32,000 bases of DNA from Pirellula staleyi DSM 6068 (GTDB lineage Bacteria; Planctomycetota; Planctomycetia; Pirellulales; Pirellulaceae), in assembly GCA_000025185.1 (NCBI GenBank), contig CP001848.1, positions 6,030,001 through 6,062,000 on the forward strand, read 5' to 3'. The notes under the pieces were generated by a model. That model saw nothing but the letters and a program-made list of their open reading frames with translations, was not told the DNA's origin and ran no database searches. The position numbers and the translations under genes are program-made. The first letter of the stretch is position 1, and every line of letters begins with the position of its first letter. Shown one piece after another: positions 19,210-27,944 of this stretch.

Positions 19210-20217
19210 ATGGATGCGAAACTCTCGCGACGGACGTTCGGAACAAGCGCGCTCTCGCTCGCCGCTGCCGCTATGGTGGGGGACGCGATCGGACAAGTTC
19301 CGCAGCCTCCGCCCGATCGCCCCAAGAACCTGGTGATTCCCGGGACTGGCCCCCGTGTGGCTCGCACCGGCGATGACTTTGAAGATGAAAAGTGGGTCTA
19401 TTACCCCCAAGAGCCCAAAAGCAGCTGGAACATCGACGAAAACGTGCGGATTCCCGGCGGAGTTTCGCAAAATCAGCTGTGGGCCGAAGGTGCCAAACGT
19501 GGCCAGCCCGACATCGTGAAACGGGTCAACACTCCTCCCGGTGGCATCGAGGGGAGCAAAGGCTGCATGATGATCCAAACCCGCCGCAGCGGCGTTCCGG
19601 GGTCGAGTTCAGGTGTGCCTCAGCAAGACGATTTGCTCCATAACACCGTGGCCCGCTTGGGCCGAACGATTCCGGTTTCGTGGACCCCGAACTGCACTTG
19701 CCGCGTCTATGTACCGGCTGCCACCCAGTGGGAACAGCGGAATGGAAGTTCGTTTGGTTTTCGCGCCGGACTGCAAGCGTTCAATAACAAAGGGCGCAAC
19801 GACGAGCATTGGCCGGGGATCTTCCTCGACATGGGGTGGGAGCTGAAGGACAACGAAAAGAAGCATTTTGTGCGGGCGATCATCCGCGCCGACGAGTGGG
19901 GCCGCGATTTGCCAGGGCCAAAATTCGAGCCCGCTTCGTGGATTACGCTCGGAATGACCTTCACCCCCGATGGTTTTTCGCACTTCTTTGCTCGCCCCGG
20001 AATCGAAGACCTGCGTGAGGAAGATCACCTTGGTTCGTACAACTGCTACAACTGGCGAACCCACACGTTTGAGACCTATTTCTTCAACGTCATCAGCATG
20101 GACGACGGCTGGAGTTGGTCGACCCCCTGGGTGATCGACGACGCATTCTTGCATGTCGCCACGCCACCAGCTCAGCCTCGCGCGGCACAAGCACCGGGTG
20201 CCAGCACCGTGAAATAG
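19210..20217 (+). CDS. Tat-signal secreted protein of unknown function
   Basis: I place the start at ATG 19210 (MDAKLSRRTFGTSALSLAAAAMVGDAIG, a twin-arginine motif followed by an h-region). The mature part is Trp/Asn/Gly-rich and looks like a beta-sandwich. No known motif was recognised. The upstream 76 codons in the ORF track look non-coding. Confidence 0.6.
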   Translation: MDAKLSRRTFGTSALSLAAAAMVGDAIGQVPQPPPDRPKNLVIPGTGPRVARTGDDFEDEKWVYYPQEPKSSWNIDENVRIPGGVSQNQLWAEGAKRGQPDIVKRVNTPPGGIEGSKGCMMIQTRRSGVPGSSSGVPQQDDLLHNTVARLGRTIPVSWTPNCTCRVYVPAATQWEQRNGSSFGFRAGLQAFNNKGRNDEHWPGIFLDMGWELKDNEKKHFVRAIIRADEWGRDLPGPKFEPASWITLGMTFTPDGFSHFFARPGIEDLREEDHLGSYNCYNWRTHTFETYFFNVISMDDGWSWSTPWVIDDAFLHVATPPAQPRAAQAPGASTVK

Positions 20218-20253
20218 CCACTACTGGGGCACTAAACGCAAACGCCGATACTG

Positions 20254-20283
20254 GCACTGCTAGACCTGCTAGCAGTGCTTTTC
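20254..20283 (+). terminator. Rho-independent terminator after the secreted hypothetical gene
   Basis: Perfect 10-bp stem GCACTGCTAG / CTAGCAGTGC with a 5-nt loop, followed by TTTT. Confidence 0.8.
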
Positions 20284-20577
20284 AGGTGAAGCAAAAGAGG
20301 GGAAACAGACGCTTCCCTGATCTGTTTATTCGGCAAAGTTTCGCTAGTTTCAAACCGCACGTCTTTGGGGGTCGTACTACGGGTGCGATCGAATTTGATC
20401 TGCTCAGGGCCGACGGTCGATGCTAGCGATAGGTTGCACTGACTTTGGCTCGCTAGCTGCTCGAAATGCCTTGGTTCCTCTAGGAACTCGAGGTTCGATC
20501 TGGCACTGGCAGCAAGACCTCGCTACGATCCGCGGCCGCGTTCAGCAGGTCGGGCCCGAGAGGAAAGTGCGTGCGAC

Positions 20578-20925
20578 ATGACGACCGAAACTTCATCCCC
20601 CGGCGGACCAGTGGCGATTCCCTCGCCGACCGCCACCTCGAAGGACGATCCGATGCTGCGCAAAGTATTGGCATTTAAGGTGCTTACGCTTAGCCTCCTG
20701 CTACTGGCAGCGTTTCCAGGCATCGGCTGTGCAGGCGGACCATTTCGCAACTGGTTTGCTCCACCCGGAACGATTCAGCAGCAGCGTGCACGTGCCACTT
20801 TGCACGACCCCTTCCCCGATCAGGACCTTGGTCCTGAAGTAGTCGGCGGACGCCCTCGCGAGTTCCAGCAGATGCCCGAACCAACTCGCCAGCGCTACTT
20901 TTACGACTCGTTCTGGAGCCGCTAA
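20578..20925 (+). CDS. small hypothetical lipoprotein-like / secreted protein
   Basis: An internal signal-like segment (MLRKVLAFKVLTLSLLLLAAFPGIGCAGG) has a Cys that could be a lipobox Cys. There are two candidate starts: ATG 20578 (GAGAGGAAAG 10 nt upstream) and ATG 20653 (AAGGA 7 nt upstream). No homolog was recognised. Confidence 0.45.
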   Translation: MTTETSSPGGPVAIPSPTATSKDDPMLRKVLAFKVLTLSLLLLAAFPGIGCAGGPFRNWFAPPGTIQQQRARATLHDPFPDQDLGPEVVGGRPREFQQMPEPTRQRYFYDSFWSR

Positions 20926-20971
20926 GCCCAGCTCGACTCCGCTGCTCTCGGATATTCCCAGCACGGAGACC

Positions 20972-21943
20972 TCAACCCGGCAGCCCCATTTCGATGATGG
21001 TCGCTTTAGGCTGCGGTCTGATTGTGACCGCGCTGCAGCTGGCAGGAACGACCACTGTCGAGCCTTTTACGAGCGGCTGACCGAGAAATGGATCGTCGAT
21101 CGTTACTGCCCCCTCAAGCACACTCACGATGCGGAATTTTCCGTGGGTTTCTAGCAATTGCGGCCCGATTAGCGTGTGGCGATCGAAGGTAAACTTGTCG
21201 CACGCAACTAAGCGCTCGCTCCCAGCGCCACTGGACTTCGGCGCGACTGGATCGACCGGTCCGCGGCCAAAATCGGTGACCGCCAGACTTTCTTCGATAT
21301 GCAGAGGCCGGGGCTTTCCGTCGGCTCCGACGCGGTTCCAGTCGAAGAGCCGAAAAGTGGTGTCACTCGCCTGCTGAATCTCGGCGATCATGATCCCGCG
21401 TCCAAGTGCATGCACCGTTCCTGCGGGTATGAAAACGCAGTCTCCCACGTTCGGCGAAAAAGTATGCAAGCACTGATCGACCGTCCCGTTTTGCAGATGC
21501 TGCTGCAGGCTTTCGTGGTCGACCCCCGATTTCAAACCGGCGTAAAGCAAGGCTCCTGGCTCGGCGGAAAGAATCAGCCAGGCCTCCGTTTTTCCGAGGT
21601 CAGGAGGGGTTAGCCGGGCTCCTTGCTCGTCGCTGGGGTGGACCTGCACGGAGAGGTCTTTTTGAGCGTCGAGGAATTTGAACATCAGCGGAAAACGGCC
21701 CGAGGGGCTTTCGATTCCCATGAGATCCGTACCTCGCGTGCGAACAAGTTCCCCCAGGGAAGTGCCCGCGAGGGGGCCATTGGCAACCGTCGACTGACCT
21801 TGGGGGTGATCGGCAACTTCCCAGCTTTCGGCGTAGTCGTTTCCGTCGCCAATCGACTTACCGAGCACTTCGCCAAGTTTGCGACCTCCCCAGAGATAGC
21901 GTTTCAGGAGTGGCTGCATCAGCAGTGGGTAGAGCTTGGTCAT
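20972..21943 (-). CDS. manA: class I mannose-6-phosphate isomerase
   Basis: Start at ATG 21943 (MTKLYPLLMQPLLKRYLWGGRKL). Also ESWEVADHP, LSVQVHP, KTEAW and FIPAGTVHALG, which are cupin-type PMI motifs. Confidence 0.85.
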   Translation of the reverse strand: MTKLYPLLMQPLLKRYLWGGRKLGEVLGKSIGDGNDYAESWEVADHPQGQSTVANGPLAGTSLGELVRTRGTDLMGIESPSGRFPLMFKFLDAQKDLSVQVHPSDEQGARLTPPDLGKTEAWLILSAEPGALLYAGLKSGVDHESLQQHLQNGTVDQCLHTFSPNVGDCVFIPAGTVHALGRGIMIAEIQQASDTTFRLFDWNRVGADGKPRPLHIEESLAVTDFGRGPVDPVAPKSSGAGSERLVACDKFTFDRHTLIGPQLLETHGKFRIVSVLEGAVTIDDPFLGQPLVKGSTVVVPASCSAVTIRPQPKATIIEMGLPG

Positions 21944-22510
21944 CGAATGTTCCTGACTGCAGGCGAGTACTTTCCATACCCTCAGTGCGTTGTCACTGAT
22001 AGGGCTGGAGATTATCATCAATCAAAGTGACGTGGCTTACCACCCGTCGCACCGCTGGGCTGCTGTGGCGTCGATGGACGCTTGTCAGCAAACCAGGGCC
22101 CGCTTGCGGGTCAGTCCTCCGCATACTTGCTTCCCTGTAGCACTTTCCCGTGAGCCCGCAGCCCTTGAAGGCTGACGCCGCTCCGCTGCGAGCGCTACAG
22201 GTTTGCTCGCTGCGGCCAGCCGACTTCCTTCCTTTCCATGGTCGGGGCCGGAGTTTTGCAGCGCTCGTGCTGTCGATGAAATGTTGCTCAATCGTTGCCC
22301 AGGCAACGCTGGTAACTCCCCTCCTTCATCGAGGTGCGGCGGTCGTTTGCCACGATGCATGCCAACATGCATCCGCAAATCATCTTTCTGCGAGAACTCC
22401 CTTGCCACCCCGTGCTCACATTGCCGGGCGTGCGCATTTTCCTTGAACCGATCATTTAGCAATCAGCCGACTCGATCGCTGTTTGCCTGTTTCCCTGGAG
22501 AAACAATTTC

Positions 22511-23941
22511 ATGGCCAAGAAGCCTTTACAAGAAGATCTGTTCGAAGGAACGGCGATGTCGTTCGGCGAGCACCTCGAAGAACTTCGGGTTTGCTTGTTC
22601 CGAGCCTGTGTTGGTGTAGCCATCGGCTGCATCATCGGCTTCTATATCGCCAATGGTGTGGTCAACTTTTTTCAGACACCGCTCGAAAACGCCCTCGAAA
22701 ACTACGATATCGAGAAGGCTCAGCTTCAGCTGAAAGAGAGTGGCGAGTACGGCGAAAACATTCCCGCCGAGACACTGCGACTAGTGGTAGAAGACCGGAT
22801 GATTCCGACCACGATCCATGTCGAAACTGGGAAACTGATGGAGACACTCCAGCTAAACTATCCCGGTGTGTTCGGGAGTGTTTCGCTCTCGCAGTATCAA
22901 CTTCTGCCCAAAGATCTCGTTCCGAACGAAAGCAAAGCCGCTTCTGCCATCGCCGCAAAAATCTTGGCCGGTAAATCGGCCGCAGATGACAAAAAGAGCG
23001 ATCCCTCCGCAGTGGCGATTTGGAAATTGCTTTCGCCTCTCGAGCAAAAACTGATTGAGCGTCTCGGTAGCGCCAAACCACCACTTTCGAAAGCTGATGC
23101 TGCAAGTCTCTTGGAACTGGTAAACAAACTTGCCTCGCAACGAGCGACATCCGACGCGCTCAAGCCACTCATGGAACAGCTCGATGCTGTCGAAAAAACA
23201 GCCGCTGCAAGTCTCTTGAAGCTGGTGGAAGTCGAGAAACCGGCGCACGACGATGTGATGCATCTCAACCGCCTGCTGCTTGGCCATTGGCTGGCGGATC
23301 ATGTTCGCGCGCCACGCGTGAATCTCATTCCACTGCAAACCTGGAAGCCAGTCGGTGTTCGCTTTCAAGTGCTAAATGCGCAAGAGGCGTTCATGATCTG
23401 GATGAAGGCAGGCTTTGTATCGGGGCTCGTATTGGCCAGCCCTTGGGTCTTCCTGCAAATCTGGAACTTCGTTGCAGCGGGGCTCTATCCGCACGAGAAG
23501 AACCAGGTTTATGTCTACCTGCCGATCAGCATCGCGCTCTTCCTGGGTGGTGCTACGCTGGCCTTTGTGTTTGTCTTCGAGCCAGTGCTCAGCTTCCTCT
23601 TCACGTTCAACCGAGGGATGAATGCGGAGTTTGAACCACGTATTGGGGAGTGGCTCAGCTTTGTGCTGATCCTGCCGATCGGGTTTGGCATTAGCTTCCA
23701 GTTGCCTCTGGTGATGGTGCTGCTGAACCGTCTGGGACTCGTTTCGATTGAGCTTTACACCAGCCAGTGGCGCATCGCGATTCTGGTGATCTGCATTGTG
23801 TCGATGGTGCTCACGCCAGCCGATCCGATCAGCATGCTCTTGATGGCGGGTCCCCTCTCGCTGCTGTATGCGGTCGGCATCGCAATGTGCAAATACATGC
23901 CGCGTGGCCGGAGTCCTTTTCAAGAGGTCTACGAGCCGTAA
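22511..23941 (+). CDS. tatC: twin-arginine translocase subunit TatC with ~220-aa insertion in the first periplasmic loop
   Basis: The N-terminus FGEHLEELRVCLFRACVGVAIG (the TatC HLxELRxR-type motif plus TM1) resumes at aa ~283 with EAFMIWMKAGFVSGLVLASPWVFLQIWNFVAAGLYPHEK and five further TM segments. GGAGAAA lies 8 nt upstream of the ATG. Confidence 0.85.
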   Translation: MAKKPLQEDLFEGTAMSFGEHLEELRVCLFRACVGVAIGCIIGFYIANGVVNFFQTPLENALENYDIEKAQLQLKESGEYGENIPAETLRLVVEDRMIPTTIHVETGKLMETLQLNYPGVFGSVSLSQYQLLPKDLVPNESKAASAIAAKILAGKSAADDKKSDPSAVAIWKLLSPLEQKLIERLGSAKPPLSKADAASLLELVNKLASQRATSDALKPLMEQLDAVEKTAAASLLKLVEVEKPAHDDVMHLNRLLLGHWLADHVRAPRVNLIPLQTWKPVGVRFQVLNAQEAFMIWMKAGFVSGLVLASPWVFLQIWNFVAAGLYPHEKNQVYVYLPISIALFLGGATLAFVFVFEPVLSFLFTFNRGMNAEFEPRIGEWLSFVLILPIGFGISFQLPLVMVLLNRLGLVSIELYTSQWRIAILVICIVSMVLTPADPISMLLMAGPLSLLYAVGIAMCKYMPRGRSPFQEVYEP

Positions 23942-24094
23942 TCAGGCAGCGGATACGCTACAATCGCTGGGGACTACCACGCGGTTTCAACCACGCTCCT
24001 CGTTCTTTGCCACTCGCATCTCCACTGGCGATATGCGAGTCATAGCGTTTGCGGTAAGGAACGATTTGCGACCGACTTGAGCGACTTTGTAGCG

Positions 24095-26404
24095 ATGACA
24101 CCGAGCCAGGCATCTCTGTTCGATCGCACGCCCGATGCGTGGGATCTCGATGCCGCGCAGGTGCAACTGGTGGCCGAGGTGGTGTTTCGCGATCCGCCGT
24201 TCGGCCCGTTTGACTATCTGATTCCCGAGCCTTTGGCTCCGCGACTTAAGCCAGGCGCTCGGGTGCAAGTTCCGCTGGGAGCAAGCCGCGAAGTGGTCGG
24301 CTACTGCACCAGCGTGACGAGCAAGCCCGCTTCAGGACGTCCGCTCAAAGCGATCGCCGCTGTGATCGACGACGTTCCTTTGGTCGAGCGCAAAATGCTC
24401 GAACTCACTCGCTGGATGTCTGACTATTACCTCTGCCCTTGGGGGCAAGTGCTGCATGGCGTGGTGCCTGCGGGTGTGCGCGGCAATGCTGGTACGCGAG
24501 AGACCACGTTCCTTTCGCTCTCGGCCGAGGGGCGGCAGATTTTGGCCAGTGGCGTCGATCGCTCGGGAGAGAAGCCCAAGAAGGTGCTGCCCGCGCATCT
24601 CGAAATTTTGCGCATACTGGGCACCTCGCCGCGCGAGCTTACGCCAGTCGAGCTGGGCGAGTTTGCCAGCTGCAGTATTGCGCAGATCACGGGGCTCCGT
24701 AAGAAGAAGTGGATTGCGTCGGATGTGCGCCGCGTTCGTAGCAGTTCGCACGAAGAGCTGCCACTGGCGAGGACTGAGCCACTGGCCCTTCATCCGGCTC
24801 AGTCCCATGCTCTGGCGGCCATCAACCGGGCCATCGATCGCCGCACCTCCGCCACCATTTTGCTGCATGGCGTGACTGGTAGCGGCAAGACCGAGGTTTA
24901 CATCCAGGCGATCGAGCGTGTGATCAGCTTTGGTCAGCAAGCAATTGTGCTGGTGCCGGAAATTAGCCTAACCCCTCAAACGCGCCAGCGCTTCCGCTCG
25001 CGATTCGACCGAGTGGCGGTGCTGCATAGCCATCTATCGGACGCCGAGCGTCATTATCACTGGGAGCAGATTGCTCGCGGAGAAGTGCAAGTGATTGTCG
25101 GCGCTCGTTCGGCGGTATTTGCCCCCGCGCCCCACTTGGGACTGATTGTGATTGACGAGGAGCACGACGGCTCGTTCAAGCAGAGCGAAGCGCCCCGCTA
25201 TCACGCGCGCGACGTAGCTGAACATCGCGCCTTGCAGCTCGGGATTCCTCTGGTGCTGGGCACAGCCACTCCGTCGCTTGAAAGCTACTACCGGGCCCGC
25301 AGCGGCAAGTATGAACTCGTCCCGATGCCCGACCGAGTCGAGGGGCGCGAGTTGCCGCATGTCGGAACGATTGATCTGCGTGTGGAGTTTCAAAGTCGAT
25401 CGTCGCGCGGCAGTATCGGGCGACAACTTCACACCGCGATTGCCCAAGCGATTGCCGAAAAAGGGCAAGTGATTTTGCTGCTGAATCGGCGCGGCTATAG
25501 CACTCACGTCCAGTGCCCCGCTTGCGGCTTTGTCGCGAAATGCGAGCACTGCGACTTAGCTCTCACGCATCACCGCGAAGAACAGCTGCTCGTCTGTCAT
25601 CACTGCGATTTTACGACCAAACCTCCCGAGCGCTGCCCCGACTGCACGTTTGATGGCATTCGCTACAGCGGACTGGGAACCGAAAAACTCGAAGCCGAGA
25701 TCAAGGCCCGGTTTCCTGCCGCCAAAGTGCTCCGCATGGATAGCGACACAATGCAAAAACCGGGGAGCCACGAGGCGGCGCTCGCGAAGTTTCGAAGTGG
25801 CGAAGTGCAGATCTTGCTCGGCACGCAGATGATCGCCAAGGGGCTCGATTTTCCGAACGTCACACTCGTCGGTGTGATCAATGCCGACACGGCGCTGCAT
25901 CTGCCCGATTTCCGAGCGGCGGAGCGTACGTTTCAGTTAGTCACGCAAGTAGCGGGGCGAACAGGGCGCGGTGAACTGGGTGGGCGCGTTCTCGTGCAAA
26001 CCTTCAGCCCCGATCACCCCGCGATTGAAGCAGCGGTCGATCACGACTATGCCAAGTTCGTTGGTCGCGAACTCCCCGATCGTGTGGCGCATGGCTTTCC
26101 ACCCTTCACCACCTTGTTGCGGCTGATTGTGCGCGGGGATAGCGAATCGAAAACGCGCGAGTTCGCCACCATGGCTGCCGAATCGTGGAAAAAGCTGCTG
26201 GAAGCTAAACAGTGCGAGCATCGCATTTTGGGACCTGCTCCTTGCGCTGTCGCGCGATTGCGGGGCAAGTTTCGTTTTCACGCGCTCGCGACAAGTGTCG
26301 ACAGCGACACGCTGCGTGCCACGTTTCGCGAAGCCTCGTCGACCTGGAAAACGCCCGACGATGTGCAGTGGGTGATCGACGTCGACGCCATCGATTTGCT
26401 GTAA
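24095..26404 (+). CDS. priA: primosomal replication-restart helicase PriA
   Basis: Walker A GVTGSGKTEVY, DEEHD, and the Cys-rich zinc region CPACGFVAKCEHCDLALTHHREEQLLVCHHCDF...CPDC. ATG 24095 is preferred over the upstream TTG at 24077. Confidence 0.93.
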   Translation: MTPSQASLFDRTPDAWDLDAAQVQLVAEVVFRDPPFGPFDYLIPEPLAPRLKPGARVQVPLGASREVVGYCTSVTSKPASGRPLKAIAAVIDDVPLVERKMLELTRWMSDYYLCPWGQVLHGVVPAGVRGNAGTRETTFLSLSAEGRQILASGVDRSGEKPKKVLPAHLEILRILGTSPRELTPVELGEFASCSIAQITGLRKKKWIASDVRRVRSSSHEELPLARTEPLALHPAQSHALAAINRAIDRRTSATILLHGVTGSGKTEVYIQAIERVISFGQQAIVLVPEISLTPQTRQRFRSRFDRVAVLHSHLSDAERHYHWEQIARGEVQVIVGARSAVFAPAPHLGLIVIDEEHDGSFKQSEAPRYHARDVAEHRALQLGIPLVLGTATPSLESYYRARSGKYELVPMPDRVEGRELPHVGTIDLRVEFQSRSSRGSIGRQLHTAIAQAIAEKGQVILLLNRRGYSTHVQCPACGFVAKCEHCDLALTHHREEQLLVCHHCDFTTKPPERCPDCTFDGIRYSGLGTEKLEAEIKARFPAAKVLRMDSDTMQKPGSHEAALAKFRSGEVQILLGTQMIAKGLDFPNVTLVGVINADTALHLPDFRAAERTFQLVTQVAGRTGRGELGGRVLVQTFSPDHPAIEAAVDHDYAKFVGRELPDRVAHGFPPFTTLLRLIVRGDSESKTREFATMAAESWKKLLEAKQCEHRILGPAPCAVARLRGKFRFHALATSVDSDTLRATFREASSTWKTPDDVQWVIDVDAIDLL

Positions 26405-26440
26405 GCGATTCCGTTGCTCTTGTTCTCACAGGAACGATGC

Positions 26441-27625
26441 ATGAGCCAATTCGATGTGATCGTGGTCGGAACCGGAGCCATGGGCTCGGCAGCAGCGATG
26501 CAGTTGGCGCGTCGCGGCAGGAAAGTGCTCGGCATCGATCGTTACGCAGCAGGTCACGCGCACGGAAGTTCGCACGGCGAAACACGTATCATTCGGCAAG
26601 CCTACTTTGAACATCCAAGCTACGTGCCGCTGCTCCTGCGAGCCTACGAACTTTGGCGCGAACTCGAACAGCATGTTGGCGAACAACTCTTCTATCAGGT
26701 GGGGCTTTTGCAAGCAGGTCCCGCTGATGGCTTTGTAGTGAAAGGGGTGCTGCAAAGCGCCCGCGAGCATCAGTTGCTTGTCGAAAGACTTTCGCCAAGC
26801 CAATCGCGCCAACGATTTCCGGGGCTAGTGATCGATCCGTCCATGGCATGCGTTTTGGAACCAGCAGCTGGCTTTTTACTCGTAGAGCGATGCGTTCGAG
26901 CCCACCAACGAGCAGCAGAGGATGCCGGGGCAGTTTTCGCGATCGGTCAGGTCACTCGCATCGAGCCAACCAGCGATGGCGCGCGGGTTTGGGTCGATGG
27001 TGAAGTGCATGAAGCTGCAAAAGTAGTGATTACCGCTGGAAGCTGGGCCGATTCGCTGCTGTCACCGATCTGGCCCACGCTCCCCAAGCTCTCGGTATTA
27101 CGAAAATATGTCTGCTGGCTCCAGGCTAAGAGCGATCTCTACTCCGCAGCCTCCGGTATGCCGACCTGGCTTGTAGAAGCTCCCGAGGGAGTTTTTTACG
27201 GATTTCCGCAGCTTGGCAAGGCCACCCCAGGGGAGGGTGGTGTGAAAGTGGCCGAGCATAGTGGTGGGGAGTTGGTCGAGACGTCGGTCGCTGGTCCCCT
27301 GCCCGCCTCGACTCCGGTCGATAGCCGCCAATCGCGCGAGCGTATCCTGGGATTTGTTCGGCGGTCGATGCCCGACCTGACCGAGGAGGTGGTCGCCGAG
27401 AGCCACTGTTATTACACGATGAGCGCCGACGAGCATTTTCTGGTCGGCATGTTGCCCGGGTATTCGCAGCTGATCTATGCCGCCGGCTTTTCGGGTCACG
27501 GTTTCAAATTTGCCTCGGTGATGGGAGAGGTGCTCAGCGACCTGGCGCTCGATGGCGGCAGCCAACAGCCGACCGGCTGGCTCTCGCACGATCGGTTTGC
27601 GGGCTCCTCAAGCGGCCATCGCTAA
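26441..27625 (+). CDS. solA: FAD-dependent N-methyl-L-tryptophan / monomeric sarcosine oxidase family protein
   Basis: Start at ATG 26441 (AGGAA upstream). MSQFDVIVVGTGAMGSAAAMQLARRG is a dinucleotide-binding fold; HGSSHGETRIIRQAY and the C-terminal GFSGHGFKF are MSOX/SolA-like. Confidence 0.78.
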   Translation: MSQFDVIVVGTGAMGSAAAMQLARRGRKVLGIDRYAAGHAHGSSHGETRIIRQAYFEHPSYVPLLLRAYELWRELEQHVGEQLFYQVGLLQAGPADGFVVKGVLQSAREHQLLVERLSPSQSRQRFPGLVIDPSMACVLEPAAGFLLVERCVRAHQRAAEDAGAVFAIGQVTRIEPTSDGARVWVDGEVHEAAKVVITAGSWADSLLSPIWPTLPKLSVLRKYVCWLQAKSDLYSAASGMPTWLVEAPEGVFYGFPQLGKATPGEGGVKVAEHSGGELVETSVAGPLPASTPVDSRQSRERILGFVRRSMPDLTEEVVAESHCYYTMSADEHFLVGMLPGYSQLIYAAGFSGHGFKFASVMGEVLSDLALDGGSQQPTGWLSHDRFAGSSSGHR

Positions 27626-27944
27626 GCCCCTTCGCCAGCTTATTTCACGGCACTGCATCGCCAATTAAACCGAGCAGCAACTGCGGTCCACCGCACATTT
27701 CCGATACCTTAGCGAAGCTGCAAGTCGGCAAACCGCTCGCCTGGAGGGGTCGTAAAGAGAGGCCGCCAACTTGACACTCGTCAGGGGTGCCGATACCTTA
27801 ACGATGGACTTCAGGGCTAGTCTCTTAAGTCTTGTTGGCGCAATGTGTTCGAGCGCCCACGAAGTTTTCGAGCGAAATCCGGCGGCGCGCGCTGCTCGAA
27901 AGAGTAGTTCGCGTTTTTTTGTTGGCTCATCGGAAGTTGGTCGC

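Noticed and set aside
20422-20457. Perfect 8-bp inverted repeat GCTAGCGA...TCGCTAGC with a 20-nt loop, upstream of the small lipoprotein-like ORF; also the 9-mer CTGGCACTG repeated at 20251 and 20500.
   Set aside because: These are short and isolated, with no U-tract or recognisable operator architecture. They could be chance or a minor regulatory hairpin, and I cannot support more.
20558-20570. GAGAGGAAAGTGC, which resembles the RNase P RNA GAGGAAAGTCC motif.
   Set aside because: It diverges after GT, and no other RNase P conserved regions follow. It sits 10 nt before an ATG and is better explained as a ribosome-binding site.
22085-22462. 125-aa minus-strand ORF in the manA-tatC spacer.
   Set aside because: It has no ribosome-binding site or motif. 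It is Arg/Ala/Gly-rich with no hydrophobic core pattern, and it overlaps equally long ORFs on the other strand, which is typical of non-coding GC-rich DNA.
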